Shown: positions 1-8,194, numbered from the stretch's first letter. The stretch: DNA of 64,000 nucleotides from an uncultured Candidatus Saccharibacteria bacterium (GCA_964605735.1 CAZSDS010000001.1:70771-134770); one strand, 5' to 3'. The notes: generated by a model from the letters alone, not told the origin. Numbers and translations are program-made.

Positions 1-252
1 AACAATCAACAGCAGAATGTTGACAGTGATAATGATTCAATAATCGAAGAAATTCCAAATACCCTGGAAGGGGAGTTGTTGAATTCAAATGACAAAAGGC
101 GCGGAAATTTAATGCTTTTGCTGAAAGATTCTGATCGTATCATATACTTGAACACTTCCCGCGATTTTTCATCTTTGATTGGCAAACAAGTTTCGGTGAG
201 CATAGAAGGTAGTTTGGATGATTTCCGCCTTCTCGACATTACTGAGCAGTAG
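1..252 (+). CDS. Hypothetical protein, 3' part (5' end outside window)
   Basis: Frame +1 open from base 1 to TAG at 250-252 (NNQQQNVDSD...FRLLDITEQ*), followed by a terminator hairpin. Confidence 0.7.
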   Translation, partial: NNQQQNVDSDNDSIIEEIPNTLEGELLNSNDKRRGNLMLLLKDSDRIIYLNTSRDFSSLIGKQVSVSIEGSLDDFRLLDITEQ

Positions 253-259
253 AATCGGT

Positions 260-303
260 AAAACGCCGCCTAGATTGACAATAGGCGGCGTTTTTGCTAC
301 ATT
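260..303 (+). terminator. Intrinsic terminator with an embedded sigma70 promoter
   Basis: aaaacgccgccta/taggcggcgtttt stem; TTGACA (275-280) in the loop, 17-nt spacer, TG-n-TACATT (298-303). Confidence 0.7.
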
Positions 304-389
304 CCATCTATTCAAGGAGGGTACATGCGCTAGCAACAGATCAGCTCACGTCGTGTTTCTCAAGGTAAACGACTGTTCGGAGGTTCCTT

Positions 390-743
390 ATGTCAGGTAC
401 ACGGGAAAAGAGAACGCGCGAACCCAAAACATATCCAGTTAGACTCTTGTCGTGGTCTGACCCGCCGCGAATCCTTGCTGGGTTGGTCCGCGGAATCGAC
501 AGCGAGGCCTTCGCTGACGAGCGGCTGGTTTCCGGAAGCGACCCGGAAAGCAGTGACCACAAACTTCTCAGGGAGGTCGGCTACTATCAGGCAAGCCCCG
601 GATTCCGACCTTCGCATCTCGAGCCTGATCCCATCGAAGAACTGGAAGATGGGGGCGGGTGGGACTGCCCGGTCGATTTGACCGAGCTCCGTAAGCGTGA
701 AGCCGCTGACGTCCAGCCTCGCGGCTGGGCAAGAAAGTTCTAA
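390..743 (+). CDS. Hypothetical protein (GC-rich orphan, 117 aa)
   Basis: GGAGGT Shine-Dalgarno 5 nt before ATG; promoter at 275-303; no recognisable domain. Confidence 0.55.
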   Translation: MSGTREKRTREPKTYPVRLLSWSDPPRILAGLVRGIDSEAFADERLVSGSDPESSDHKLLREVGYYQASPGFRPSHLEPDPIEELEDGGGWDCPVDLTELRKREAADVQPRGWARKF

Positions 744-936
744 AGCTCGAATCCTGAGCTAGCAAGTCCTCTTCAGGGGCCGTCCGCGTCCACTCAACGC
801 GTACGGCCCCTTCGTCTTGCCCAGGACAAGCCTTTGCTCAGGCTTGAAGCGGCAGGTTTGACAAAATCTAGCGCTTTTACTAGGGTTTTGCTATAATACC
901 CCTGTAATTGTTAATAACTAATCGAAAGGTACCTTC

Positions 937-1221
937 ATGGCAAAAGGAATGACTAAGTCTGAGGTGCTTACTGCGGTTGCTGAAAAAGTCGGCAAATCCC
1001 GCAAAGAAGTGTCTGAAATGATGGATGCTTTGGTCAATTTGGCTTACGAAGAAGCCAAAAAGTCCGGAGAATTCACAATCCCAGGTTTGGGAAAACTTCT
1101 TAAGAAGCACCGAGAAGCACGCATGGGCCGAAACCCAGCAACTGGGGAACAAATTAAGATCCCAGCTAAGACTGTCGTCAAATTCAGAGTCGCAAAAGCA
1201 GCAAAAGACTCGATTCTCTAA
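937..1221 (+). CDS. hup: DNA-binding protein HU
   Basis: MTKSEV..., IPGLGK, ARMGRNPATGEQIKIPAK..VKFR HU signature; TGcTATAAT promoter at 889-897. Confidence 0.95.
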   Translation: MAKGMTKSEVLTAVAEKVGKSRKEVSEMMDALVNLAYEEAKKSGEFTIPGLGKLLKKHREARMGRNPATGEQIKIPAKTVVKFRVAKAAKDSIL

Positions 1222-1229
1222 CGATCAAA

Positions 1230-1254
1230 AAAAGCACCCGCTTCGGGTGCTTTT
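1230..1254 (+). terminator. Intrinsic terminator of hup
   Basis: aaaagcacccg-ctt-cgggtgctttt. Confidence 0.8.
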
Positions 1255-1409
1255 CGGTTATTTTTGGTGCGATTTACCAATTGTGTATAACTATCTTGAC
1301 TAGTTAAGCATTTGCTAAATATAATGCTTACGGTTAGGGATGTCCAGTAATTCAGTGGCAGTTTCACAGTCTAATTTGATGATGCTAACCCAAACTATGC
1401 AGAGATAAT

Positions 1410-1450
1410 AAAGCCGCCTGAAAGCCCTGGAATGGGCGGGTGGCTTTTTT
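1410..1450 (+). terminator. Terminator/attenuator-like hairpin upstream of the MscS-like gene
   Basis: aaagccgcctg...cgggtggcttt stem followed by a T-tract. Confidence 0.65.
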
Positions 1451-1564
1451 GCTACAAAAACGGCAGCAATCGTCATTTTTTGACTAAACAGACTGGCAGA
1501 AAGCATAAATAAAATTTGTTTTCCAACTTTTAAAAATTGGAAAAAATCAAATTACGGGAAGGGG

Positions 1565-2254
1565 GTGAACTTAATGAACGAACAAAATTACCTTAACGAC
1601 GTCAGAGAACCATTGGAAAATTTGTATAACGGTTTCGTAGACTTCCTACCGGAGTTCCTCGTGGCTGTTATCGTCCTCGTGGTTGGGTGGATTTTGGCTG
1701 CAATCATTGCAAGAGGCATAAAAACTTTGTTGCAATCAGCCAAGGTCGACGAATTTGGCGATCGCATGGGTCTGGATCAGGTTTCTCAGCGCACCGGAAT
1801 CAAAATGTCCATTGCTGGAACCATCGCCTGGTTGGTGAAGTGGTTCTTGTTGGTGGCCTTGTTCCTGGCTGCGGCTGATATCCTGGGCTTAGACCAGATT
1901 GCAGAATTCTTGCGCCGCGTTTTGGATTACATCCCTAACGTAGTCGCAGCAGCTGCTATCTTGCTTGCTGGTTTGATGCTCGCGCGATTCCTCGCAAGAG
2001 TTGTTCGCGGAAGCGTCCAGGCAGCTGGTTTGTCATCAGCTGACTTGTTGGCTGCTGTTACTCAGTGGTCAATCGCTGTGTTCACCATCTTGGCTGCATT
2101 GCAGCAGCTCGGAATTGCTCCTGACTTGATCGGAACTCTGTTCACTGCATTCGTCTACATGATTGCATTGGCCGGAGGTCTGGCATTCGGTTTGGGTGGC
2201 AAGGAACACGCATCACGTGTGCTCGACAAAATTGAACGCGACATCAAATCCTAA
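1565..2254 (+). CDS. Membrane protein with MscS-associated TM-helix repeats (CmpX-like)
   Basis: Two repeats (FLPEFLVAVIVLVVGW; YIPNVVAAAAILLAG) and C-terminal LAFGLGGKE. Confidence 0.8.
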   Translation: MNLMNEQNYLNDVREPLENLYNGFVDFLPEFLVAVIVLVVGWILAAIIARGIKTLLQSAKVDEFGDRMGLDQVSQRTGIKMSIAGTIAWLVKWFLLVALFLAAADILGLDQIAEFLRRVLDYIPNVVAAAAILLAGLMLARFLARVVRGSVQAAGLSSADLLAAVTQWSIAVFTILAALQQLGIAPDLIGTLFTAFVYMIALAGGLAFGLGGKEHASRVLDKIERDIKS

Positions 2255-2285
2255 ATTTGATTTCACAATTCAAAAAGTTTTTGAA

Positions 2286-2317
2286 AAAAACAACTCGCAC
2301 TAAAGCGAGTTGTTTTT
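2286..2317. terminator. Bidirectional intrinsic terminator
   Basis: aaaaacaactcgc-actaaa-gcgagttgttttt. Confidence 0.8.
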
Positions 2318-2413
2318 AAGTTAGCTAAAAAGTTTTTTGCGCGCAGTTCGTAGTTGTTAAAGTTTTTTCCTGCGGATGAGTCGGTGATGGTTTTTGATTA
2401 TAGCAACCGGGTA

Positions 2414-2552
2414 CTTAGCTCGTGGGATCTCTGCCGTCAGGACACCGCAGTCCGCCTCAAGCGGACGAGACTAAGCAAAATCCCATGTAAGAGGAAAGTA
2501 TAAGTTGAGGGATGTATGCGGTCCTGAAAGGCAGAGGACCGCGAGCGCTAAG
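2414..2552 (+). ncRNA. Candidate structured ncRNA / dispersed repeat, copy 1
   Basis: Near-identical blocks at 63066-63201; nested stems ctctgcc/ggcagag, caggac/gtcctg, cgca/tgcg, gtccgc/gcggac, atccc/gggat. Confidence 0.65.
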
Positions 2553-2697
2553 GGTAGTAGAGCGGGATGTAAAAATGAGAGTAAGCTAAAAGTTTCCCTC
2601 GTGAAATTTTCCACTGTGCGCAAAAAAAGAAAACCGCATCTGTATATGCGGTTCCCTAAGAGTTGAAAACTTTTGCCTGATTGAAACGGCTAATCCT

Positions 2698-3183
2698 TTA
2701 TTCGCGAATAGCCAGATGATCAATGCGTGAGCCGAACAACTGCACGATGATCTTCTGTCCGTTTCGGTAAACGATTGCCACACCCATGTCGCGGTAGTTC
2801 GATGACAGAATGTTGGCCCTATGTTTAGGTGAGTTCATCCAAGATTGTTCCAAGTCCTCGGAGTCCTCAAAACCTATCGCCAAATTTTCTCCGGCATAGG
2901 AGTAGTTGTATCCCATTGATTTGAACCAGTGCCAAGGTTTAACCCCCTCCGGGCTGACGTGTGCGAAATACTCCTTCGCTAACATGTCTTGAGCTTTGGC
3001 AAAGGCGGCCAAATTCAAATCATGGTCGAGTTGTAAGGCCGGGAGCCCGAACAGGGCTCTGTCCTCATTGGCTTGCATGAGCACTTGCTCCACGGTCAAA
3101 GTTTCCCGCGCAGCGGACGCAGGGAAGGTGACGACCATGGCAACGGCTGCACACAACACGGCAGTACGTAATTTCCTATGCAT
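2698..3183 (-). CDS. CAP (SCP) domain protein, secreted
   Basis: Signal peptide; AKAQDM..YFAH, AGENLA, WMNSPKHRANIL; start placed at MHRK (3183). Confidence 0.9.
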   Translation of the reverse strand: MHRKLRTAVLCAAVAMVVTFPASAARETLTVEQVLMQANEDRALFGLPALQLDHDLNLAAFAKAQDMLAKEYFAHVSPEGVKPWHWFKSMGYNYSYAGENLAIGFEDSEDLEQSWMNSPKHRANILSSNYRDMGVAIVYRNGQKIIVQLFGSRIDHLAIRE

Positions 3184-3425
3184 TTTACTTTTGTTTTTGT
3201 TTCCGCGACCATCACAAAAAATATCCCGCAAACTTCCTTGGAAAGAGGAAATTAGCTCATATGAAGGTGATATTTAATTGCTTTTTGTTTTTGTTTCGAT
3301 CGCTGAGCGAAAGTTTTTTATCACTCTAAGTGTATTATAGCAGAAATCCGGAAATTTTGCAAGAAGCTGGGTTGTAACCTTGGAGCATTTACCTTTTTGT
3401 TTTGGTTTGGCATAATAAGTGCCAT

Positions 3426-4505
3426 ATGATGCCTGAATATCAAATCAAACAAACACGAAGAAACGGCCGCAGAATATTTGCGCTTGCTGTCTTTCTTCTT
3501 TTGGTTTTTGGAGCAGGGTTTTTGGTCTATGCTTATGCAAAAGTTCACCGTCCAACCAGCTCGGTTAGCGTGCCGGTTACCTTCAGCGTCCCGCAAGGCG
3601 CAACCACCAGGGAAGTTGGCACCGCGTTAAAAGAGAAAAGCCTGATCACAAGCAACTTGATCTTTGTCGGTTATGCTTTGATGGAAGGCGCAAGCGGGAA
3701 AATCCAGGCTGGAGACTACGCTCTGGACAGGAACATGAGCATGAAAGATATTCTGGGGAAATTAACTAGCGGGAATGTGACACGAAACACCAAGCGTGTG
3801 ACAATAGTGGAAGGTGCGAACAACAAACAGGTGCAGAAAGCTTTGGTTGATGCCGGGTTGGTTACTGCGGGACAATTTGAAGATGCAGTGAGCGTTGACT
3901 ACGATTTTGACTTTAATCCTTCAGCGCGCGAACAGGAGTACGAAGGCTATCTTTTCCCGGATACTTACCAGTTCGATGCCACTTGGAACGCAGAGCAGAT
4001 TATTGGACGCATGCTTCAAAACTTTGAAAGCAAAATTACCGCGCAGATGAGAGCGGACATTGAAGAAAAAAATTTGGATATGTCTGAAGTTGTTATCCTT
4101 GCGTCAATTGTTGAGAGGGAGGTTGGAAGAGCTTCTTCCGTCCAGCTGACAGAAGAAGTTCGTGCGACTTTACAGCGTGAGCGCGAGCAAGTCGCTTCTG
4201 TCTTTTTCAACCGGCTGGAGATTGGCATGCCTTTGCAGTCTGATGCAACCGTAAACTACGCCACAGGAAAAAGTGACAGGCGAGCATTGCTTTCAGATTT
4301 GGAAATCGATTCCCCTTACAACACCTACAAGTACGCCGGCCTTCCGCCCGGCCCGATCAGCAACCCCGGAATAAATTCCCTTCGGGCCGTCATCTATCCT
4401 GCTGACACAAACTATCTTTACTTTTTGAACAACAAGGAAGGAGTGGCGTACTTCGGGCGCACTCTGGAAGAACACAACTCCAACCGCGCGCGTTACCTTG
4501 ACTAA
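3426..4505 (+). CDS. mltG: Endolytic transglycosylase MltG
   Basis: N-terminal TM; EGYLFPDTY, ILASIVERE, LQSDATVNY, SPYNTY..GLPPGPISNPG. Confidence 0.93.
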   Translation: MMPEYQIKQTRRNGRRIFALAVFLLLVFGAGFLVYAYAKVHRPTSSVSVPVTFSVPQGATTREVGTALKEKSLITSNLIFVGYALMEGASGKIQAGDYALDRNMSMKDILGKLTSGNVTRNTKRVTIVEGANNKQVQKALVDAGLVTAGQFEDAVSVDYDFDFNPSAREQEYEGYLFPDTYQFDATWNAEQIIGRMLQNFESKITAQMRADIEEKNLDMSEVVILASIVEREVGRASSVQLTEEVRATLQREREQVASVFFNRLEIGMPLQSDATVNYATGKSDRRALLSDLEIDSPYNTYKYAGLPPGPISNPGINSLRAVIYPADTNYLYFLNNKEGVAYFGRTLEEHNSNRARYLD

Positions 4506-4513
4506 CCATTTAG

Positions 4514-4560
4514 AAAAATTCCGCAACAGCTTTGACGCGGAATTTTTTATTGCTTACAAT
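4514..4560 (+). terminator. mltG terminator with an embedded promoter for the next gene
   Basis: aaaaattccgc/gcggaattttt; TTGACG 4532-4537, 17-nt spacer, TACAAT 4555-4560. Confidence 0.7.
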
Positions 4561-4606
4561 TCCGACAACAGTTTTGGCGGTTCGTTCCAAACACAGAGGG
4601 GGAGTC

Positions 4607-5557
4607 ATGGAGCATGCTGAGGGTACGGTTGTATCGGTTTCTGGCTCCCAGGCAGTTGCGCCCGGAGTTAATGATTCTGCAAAGAGGGTTTTCGACGACC
4701 GCCGTAAAATCCGGCGCCGTGCGTTCCGGATCGCAATCAGTGGTTTGGTTCTGGGACTGGTCGGCTTTGTTTCCTCAATCTTTTTTGCCCGGGCGCTTTT
4801 GCTCAGGGTGGTAAAAGTGGAAGGTGAACTCGCCTACGAACGACTGGCTCGGCGGGCACTTCAGGCAGAGCTTGAAGAAGTTCGTCTCGCAGTCCCGTTT
4901 CCCACCTTTGACGACCTCAAACTTCGGATGCAAAAGGAGTTTGGGATCATTGGACCGGAATTGCTCCGGAAACACAAGGACAGTTTTGTCGAGCTTTATT
5001 CCTATGATGACCGGAACATGAGCAATTACGGCACTGCCGGTTATCTGGGAAACGGCTACTTCATTACCGTAAAACACGGAGTGATAGCTTTGGGCCAGGG
5101 AGGGTCCAGCGGCCGAAAAATCACTTCAGTAAAGATCAGCTATAAAGGCAGGCTTCTGCCGGCAACCCTGGTGGACTACGGGGACGCAAAGGTTGAGGTG
5201 GATGCCGGAGATTGGGCCATTATCCGCGTAAAAGATGACCTGGAGCTTCCTGCGCTTACGGTAGCAGTGGATTACCAGTTTGAGTTCGCTGATCCCATTT
5301 TCCGCCTGGGAAATGACTATTCAAAGGGCATTATCCCGGCCACTGGCTTTGTCGGCCAGAGAACGGAGAACAGGTTGGTTACCTGCCTTACTGACGGGCA
5401 TCCGGGCGTTTCCGGCGGCGGTGTCCTGAACCTGGAGGGTGAACTGGTGGGCATCCCCGTAGGGAGAATGCAGGGGGACTTCCGGTTTTCCTTCATTCTG
5501 CCGCTCCGGCAGGAAATGTTCCAAAAAGTGCCGCACCTTCGGGTGCCGCCTGCGTGA
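4607..5557 (+). CDS. Membrane-anchored trypsin-like serine protease
   Basis: TM segment; triad motifs TVKHG, GDWAII, GHPGVSGGG; SD GAGGGGGAG before ATG 4607. Confidence 0.82.
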   Translation: MEHAEGTVVSVSGSQAVAPGVNDSAKRVFDDRRKIRRRAFRIAISGLVLGLVGFVSSIFFARALLLRVVKVEGELAYERLARRALQAELEEVRLAVPFPTFDDLKLRMQKEFGIIGPELLRKHKDSFVELYSYDDRNMSNYGTAGYLGNGYFITVKHGVIALGQGGSSGRKITSVKISYKGRLLPATLVDYGDAKVEVDAGDWAIIRVKDDLELPALTVAVDYQFEFADPIFRLGNDYSKGIIPATGFVGQRTENRLVTCLTDGHPGVSGGGVLNLEGELVGIPVGRMQGDFRFSFILPLRQEMFQKVPHLRVPPA

Positions 5558-5601
5558 AATACCGCAGGCTTTTTTTATTCGCCAACCCTTCGAAGACGGT
5601 A

Positions 5602-5630
5602 TTGACAGGGCACCCCTTTTTCTATATACT
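5602..5630 (+). promoter_or_regulatory. sigma70 promoter of rplJ-rplL
   Basis: TTGACA-17 nt-TATACT. Confidence 0.75.
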
Positions 5631-5649
5631 GTGTAGGTTAATTGAATAT

Positions 5650-5760
5650 CTCCAAAGACCGCCGCTGGTTTGGCCATAAACCTTACCTTAATCCGCTGCG
5701 ATAGGAAATAGCGCAATTTTTGCGTAATGTTACCGACGTCTTTGGATGTCGGATTTTTGT
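5650..5760 (+). promoter_or_regulatory. Probable L10 leader (autoregulatory RNA)
   Basis: Long 5' UTR of rplJ with AAGAC...TTAA motifs; ccaaagac can pair with gtctttgg. Confidence 0.6.
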
Positions 5761-5813
5761 TTCCGCTCATTAAAGATTTCAATTATTTCTTTCACATAAT
5801 TAAGAAAGACGAA

Positions 5814-6335
5814 ATGGCAACAACAAGGCAAGAGAAAGAAGAGCAGCTCAAGCAGCTCGTCGCTGATCTTACCGATGCCCGCGGTGTCGTCTTCGCGCAG
5901 TATCGAGGCTTGACTGTAAAAGCAATCGATAACATCAGAAAAAATTTGCGCAAAGAAAACATCAAGTACCAAGTCGTGAAAGTGACTTTGCTCAAAAAAG
6001 CTTTTGAGCAACTCGGAATTAATTCCGAAGAGTTCACTTACACAGGACCAATCGCAGTCGCAATTTCAAACGACGACGAAACAACTCCTGCAAGAATCAT
6101 AAAAGCTCTTGGTAAAGAAAATCCAAACCTGACTTTGGATGGCGGAGTTATCGAAAAGAAAGTGATCGGAAAGCAGATGGTTCTCCAGCTTGCGGATCTT
6201 CCAGGCAAGCAACAGTTGCTCGGTCAGTTGGTGTCAGTCATCGCGGGTCCTGCTCGCGGATTGGTCACTGTTCTTTCCGGCAACATGAGGCAGTTGGTTT
6301 ACGCCCTCAACGCTATCGCAGAAGCGAAGAAATAA
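5814..6335 (+). CDS. rplJ: 50S ribosomal protein L10
   Basis: [31 protein letters not shown]; upstream of rplL. Confidence 0.95.
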   Translation: MATTRQEKEEQLKQLVADLTDARGVVFAQYRGLTVKAIDNIRKNLRKENIKYQVVKVTLLKKAFEQLGINSEEFTYTGPIAVAISNDDETTPARIIKALGKENPNLTLDGGVIEKKVIGKQMVLQLADLPGKQQLLGQLVSVIAGPARGLVTVLSGNMRQLVYALNAIAEAKK

Positions 6336-6439
6336 AATTTCTTGTACAAGAAATTTTATTACAGTTTGCGAAACAAGTTCGCAGTTCGAACGTTCGAATT
6401 AATTTATTAAATAATTTTTTAAGTCAAAGGAATCTACAA

Positions 6440-6835
6440 ATGGCAGACGTACAAGTCCCAGAGAAGTTTCAGGGTTTGGTTTCTGAGATCGAAAAGCTTT
6501 CCGTTTTGGAGCTTTCCGAACTCGTAAAAGTTTTGGAAGAAAAGTTTGGCGTATCAGCAGCAGCTCCTATGATGGTAGCTGGCGGTGCAGCAGCTGGCGC
6601 AGGTGCAGCAGCAGCTGAAGAGAAGACTGAATTCACAGTTGAGCTCACAGATGCAGGTGCCAACAAGATCAACGTCATCAAAGTTGTCCGTGAAGCAACC
6701 GGCAAAGGTTTGAAGGAAGCTAAGGACCTCGTTGACGGCGCTCCAAAAGCAATCAAGGAAAACATCTCTAAAGCAGATGCAGAAGCTTTGAAGAAGCAAT
6801 TGGAAGAAGCAGGCGCAAAAGTTACCCTCAAGTAA
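6440..6835 (+). CDS. rplL: 50S ribosomal protein L7/L12
   Basis: [10 protein letters not shown] hinge, [30 protein letters not shown]. Confidence 0.98.
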   Translation: MADVQVPEKFQGLVSEIEKLSVLELSELVKVLEEKFGVSAAAPMMVAGGAAAGAGAAAAEEKTEFTVELTDAGANKINVIKVVREATGKGLKEAKDLVDGAPKAIKENISKADAEALKKQLEEAGAKVTLK

Positions 6836-6849
6836 CAAAATATTTTCTT

Positions 6850-6880
6850 AAAAACCCGCAGTCATAAGCTGCGGGTTTTT
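6850..6880 (+). terminator. rplL terminator
   Basis: aaaaacccgcag-tcataag-ctgcgggttttt. Confidence 0.85.
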
Positions 6881-7082
6881 ATTTTGATCGCCTGCGTGGT
6901 TTTGCCTGTCCGAAGTACGCGGTCAATTTTTATTTCGCAATAAAAATTGCCGCTCAATTCTCAACCGTCTGAGGGCGGTTTCCGAAAGCCTTCATCCAAG
7001 CAAAAACCACTTCAGCGTCACACAAAAACTTGACAGCTTCAGAGAGCGGTTTTAGTTTTTGAGAAAATTATTACACCAGCCT

Positions 7083-7111
7083 TTGACAACGGCGTCAAAT
7101 TTTGCTATAAT
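7083..7111 (+). promoter_or_regulatory. Consensus sigma70 promoter with a palindrome over the -35
   Basis: TTGACA-17-TATAAT with extended TG; tttgac-N6-gtcaaa inverted repeat. Confidence 0.75.
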
Positions 7112-7255
7112 TGTGTTAGATAGAGTAAGGAACAGGCCAAAAAACTTCAGCCTTTCCTGAAAAAATCAGTTCGAAACCAAAATAAAAAACAATTAAATAC
7201 TGGGATTTCTGAGCAAGGGGATTATTGTATTCTTTTGTTTTGTTCCCGAACAGTA

Positions 7256-7723
7256 ATGAAAACTGACTATAAAAATTTAAGCCTTTTCGAAGCCGCAGTT
7301 GTCGTCTTGATTGTTGTTGGTCTCGGATTGATAAGCTTACAAATTTTTATTGCCCTTCCTGAGGGATCTCGGACACAACTCGGTTCAGCTTTGCAGGTGT
7401 TTGAGATGTCTGACGCAGTTGCAGAGGTGGTGAAAACGCATGAAATTGTGAACCGATACGTCTTTAAGGGAGTTGGCGAATTTTATAATGAGTTTTACCT
7501 TGCCATGAGTGAGGTGCTTGTTCCGGTTGGCGAAGGGATTCTTGATACAACAGCCGTTGCCCAAAGGACTGTCGCAGCTGGCGGGAGCTTTATGAAAGAA
7601 TTTGTCCAGCTGAGTGACTACCTTGCTTCAAATTATGCAAACAACAATACAGCCGTGACTGGAGTCGAAGCCGGCGCAGGAGGAAAAATTATGGGTGCGT
7701 ATTTAGAAAAGCTTTCGCAATAA
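7256..7723 (+). CDS. Membrane-anchored hypothetical protein (paralog 1)
   Basis: N-terminal TM; V..FY helix; C-terminal GKIMGAYL. Confidence 0.75.
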   Translation: MKTDYKNLSLFEAAVVVLIVVGLGLISLQIFIALPEGSRTQLGSALQVFEMSDAVAEVVKTHEIVNRYVFKGVGEFYNEFYLAMSEVLVPVGEGILDTTAVAQRTVAAGGSFMKEFVQLSDYLASNYANNNTAVTGVEAGAGGKIMGAYLEKLSQ

Positions 7724-7724
7724 A

Positions 7725-8147
7725 ATGAAAAAAAGAAACAAAAATAAAAAATCAAAACCGGGCAACTATTCCGCCATCTATCTGGGAGTCATCCTGGCAT
7801 TTGTCCTTCTGTTGGAAGGATTCCTTATGGGCGTAGCTACGGCAGGAGACTGGCAAAGAGGTTTGGAGGTTTTAGATGTGTCTCACGAGGTCAAAGTAGT
7901 TGCTGCTGATGTCTTTGCCCTCGCAGAACCATTCTTCATGATTTACGATGACGTCAACTCGTTCTATCAGCTTGCCGCAACTGAAACCATGGCGCTGTTT
8001 GATGTAAGTGAGCAAGACCCATTTGCATTTTTCCGGGGAGTAAATAATTTCTATAAACTGGCCAGCGCGGAAATGGAACAGGTTTTGGATTTCTCAAACC
8101 AGTTCGGTTCGTTGGGTGAGGTTGCCGGTGCGTACATTTCCAGGTAG
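7725..8147 (+). CDS. Membrane-anchored hypothetical protein (paralog 2, internal duplication)
   Basis: Basic N-terminus plus TM; two (E/D)PF...VN.FY.LA..E...L.D.S repeats; GEVAGAYI tail. Confidence 0.78.
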   Translation: MKKRNKNKKSKPGNYSAIYLGVILAFVLLLEGFLMGVATAGDWQRGLEVLDVSHEVKVVAADVFALAEPFFMIYDDVNSFYQLAATETMALFDVSEQDPFAFFRGVNNFYKLASAEMEQVLDFSNQFGSLGEVAGAYISR

Positions 8148-8194
8148 ATTTGTCCATAAAATTGTGGACTGATCTTTTTGAAACAAAAAAACAA

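Noticed and set aside
2443-2475. Hammerhead ribozyme (GTCC..GGAC-GAGAC resembles stem II-GAAAC)
   Set aside because: The CUGANGA core is absent and GAAA is GAGA in both copies; pistol, twister and HDV cores also do not fit
2414-2552. CRISPR repeat or IS element
   Set aside because: Only two distant copies, no spacers, no cas or transposase gene, no clear target-site duplication
8147-8170. tttgtccataaaa shared with 26105-26117
   Set aside because: A 13-nt AT-rich match, plausible by chance; no further support
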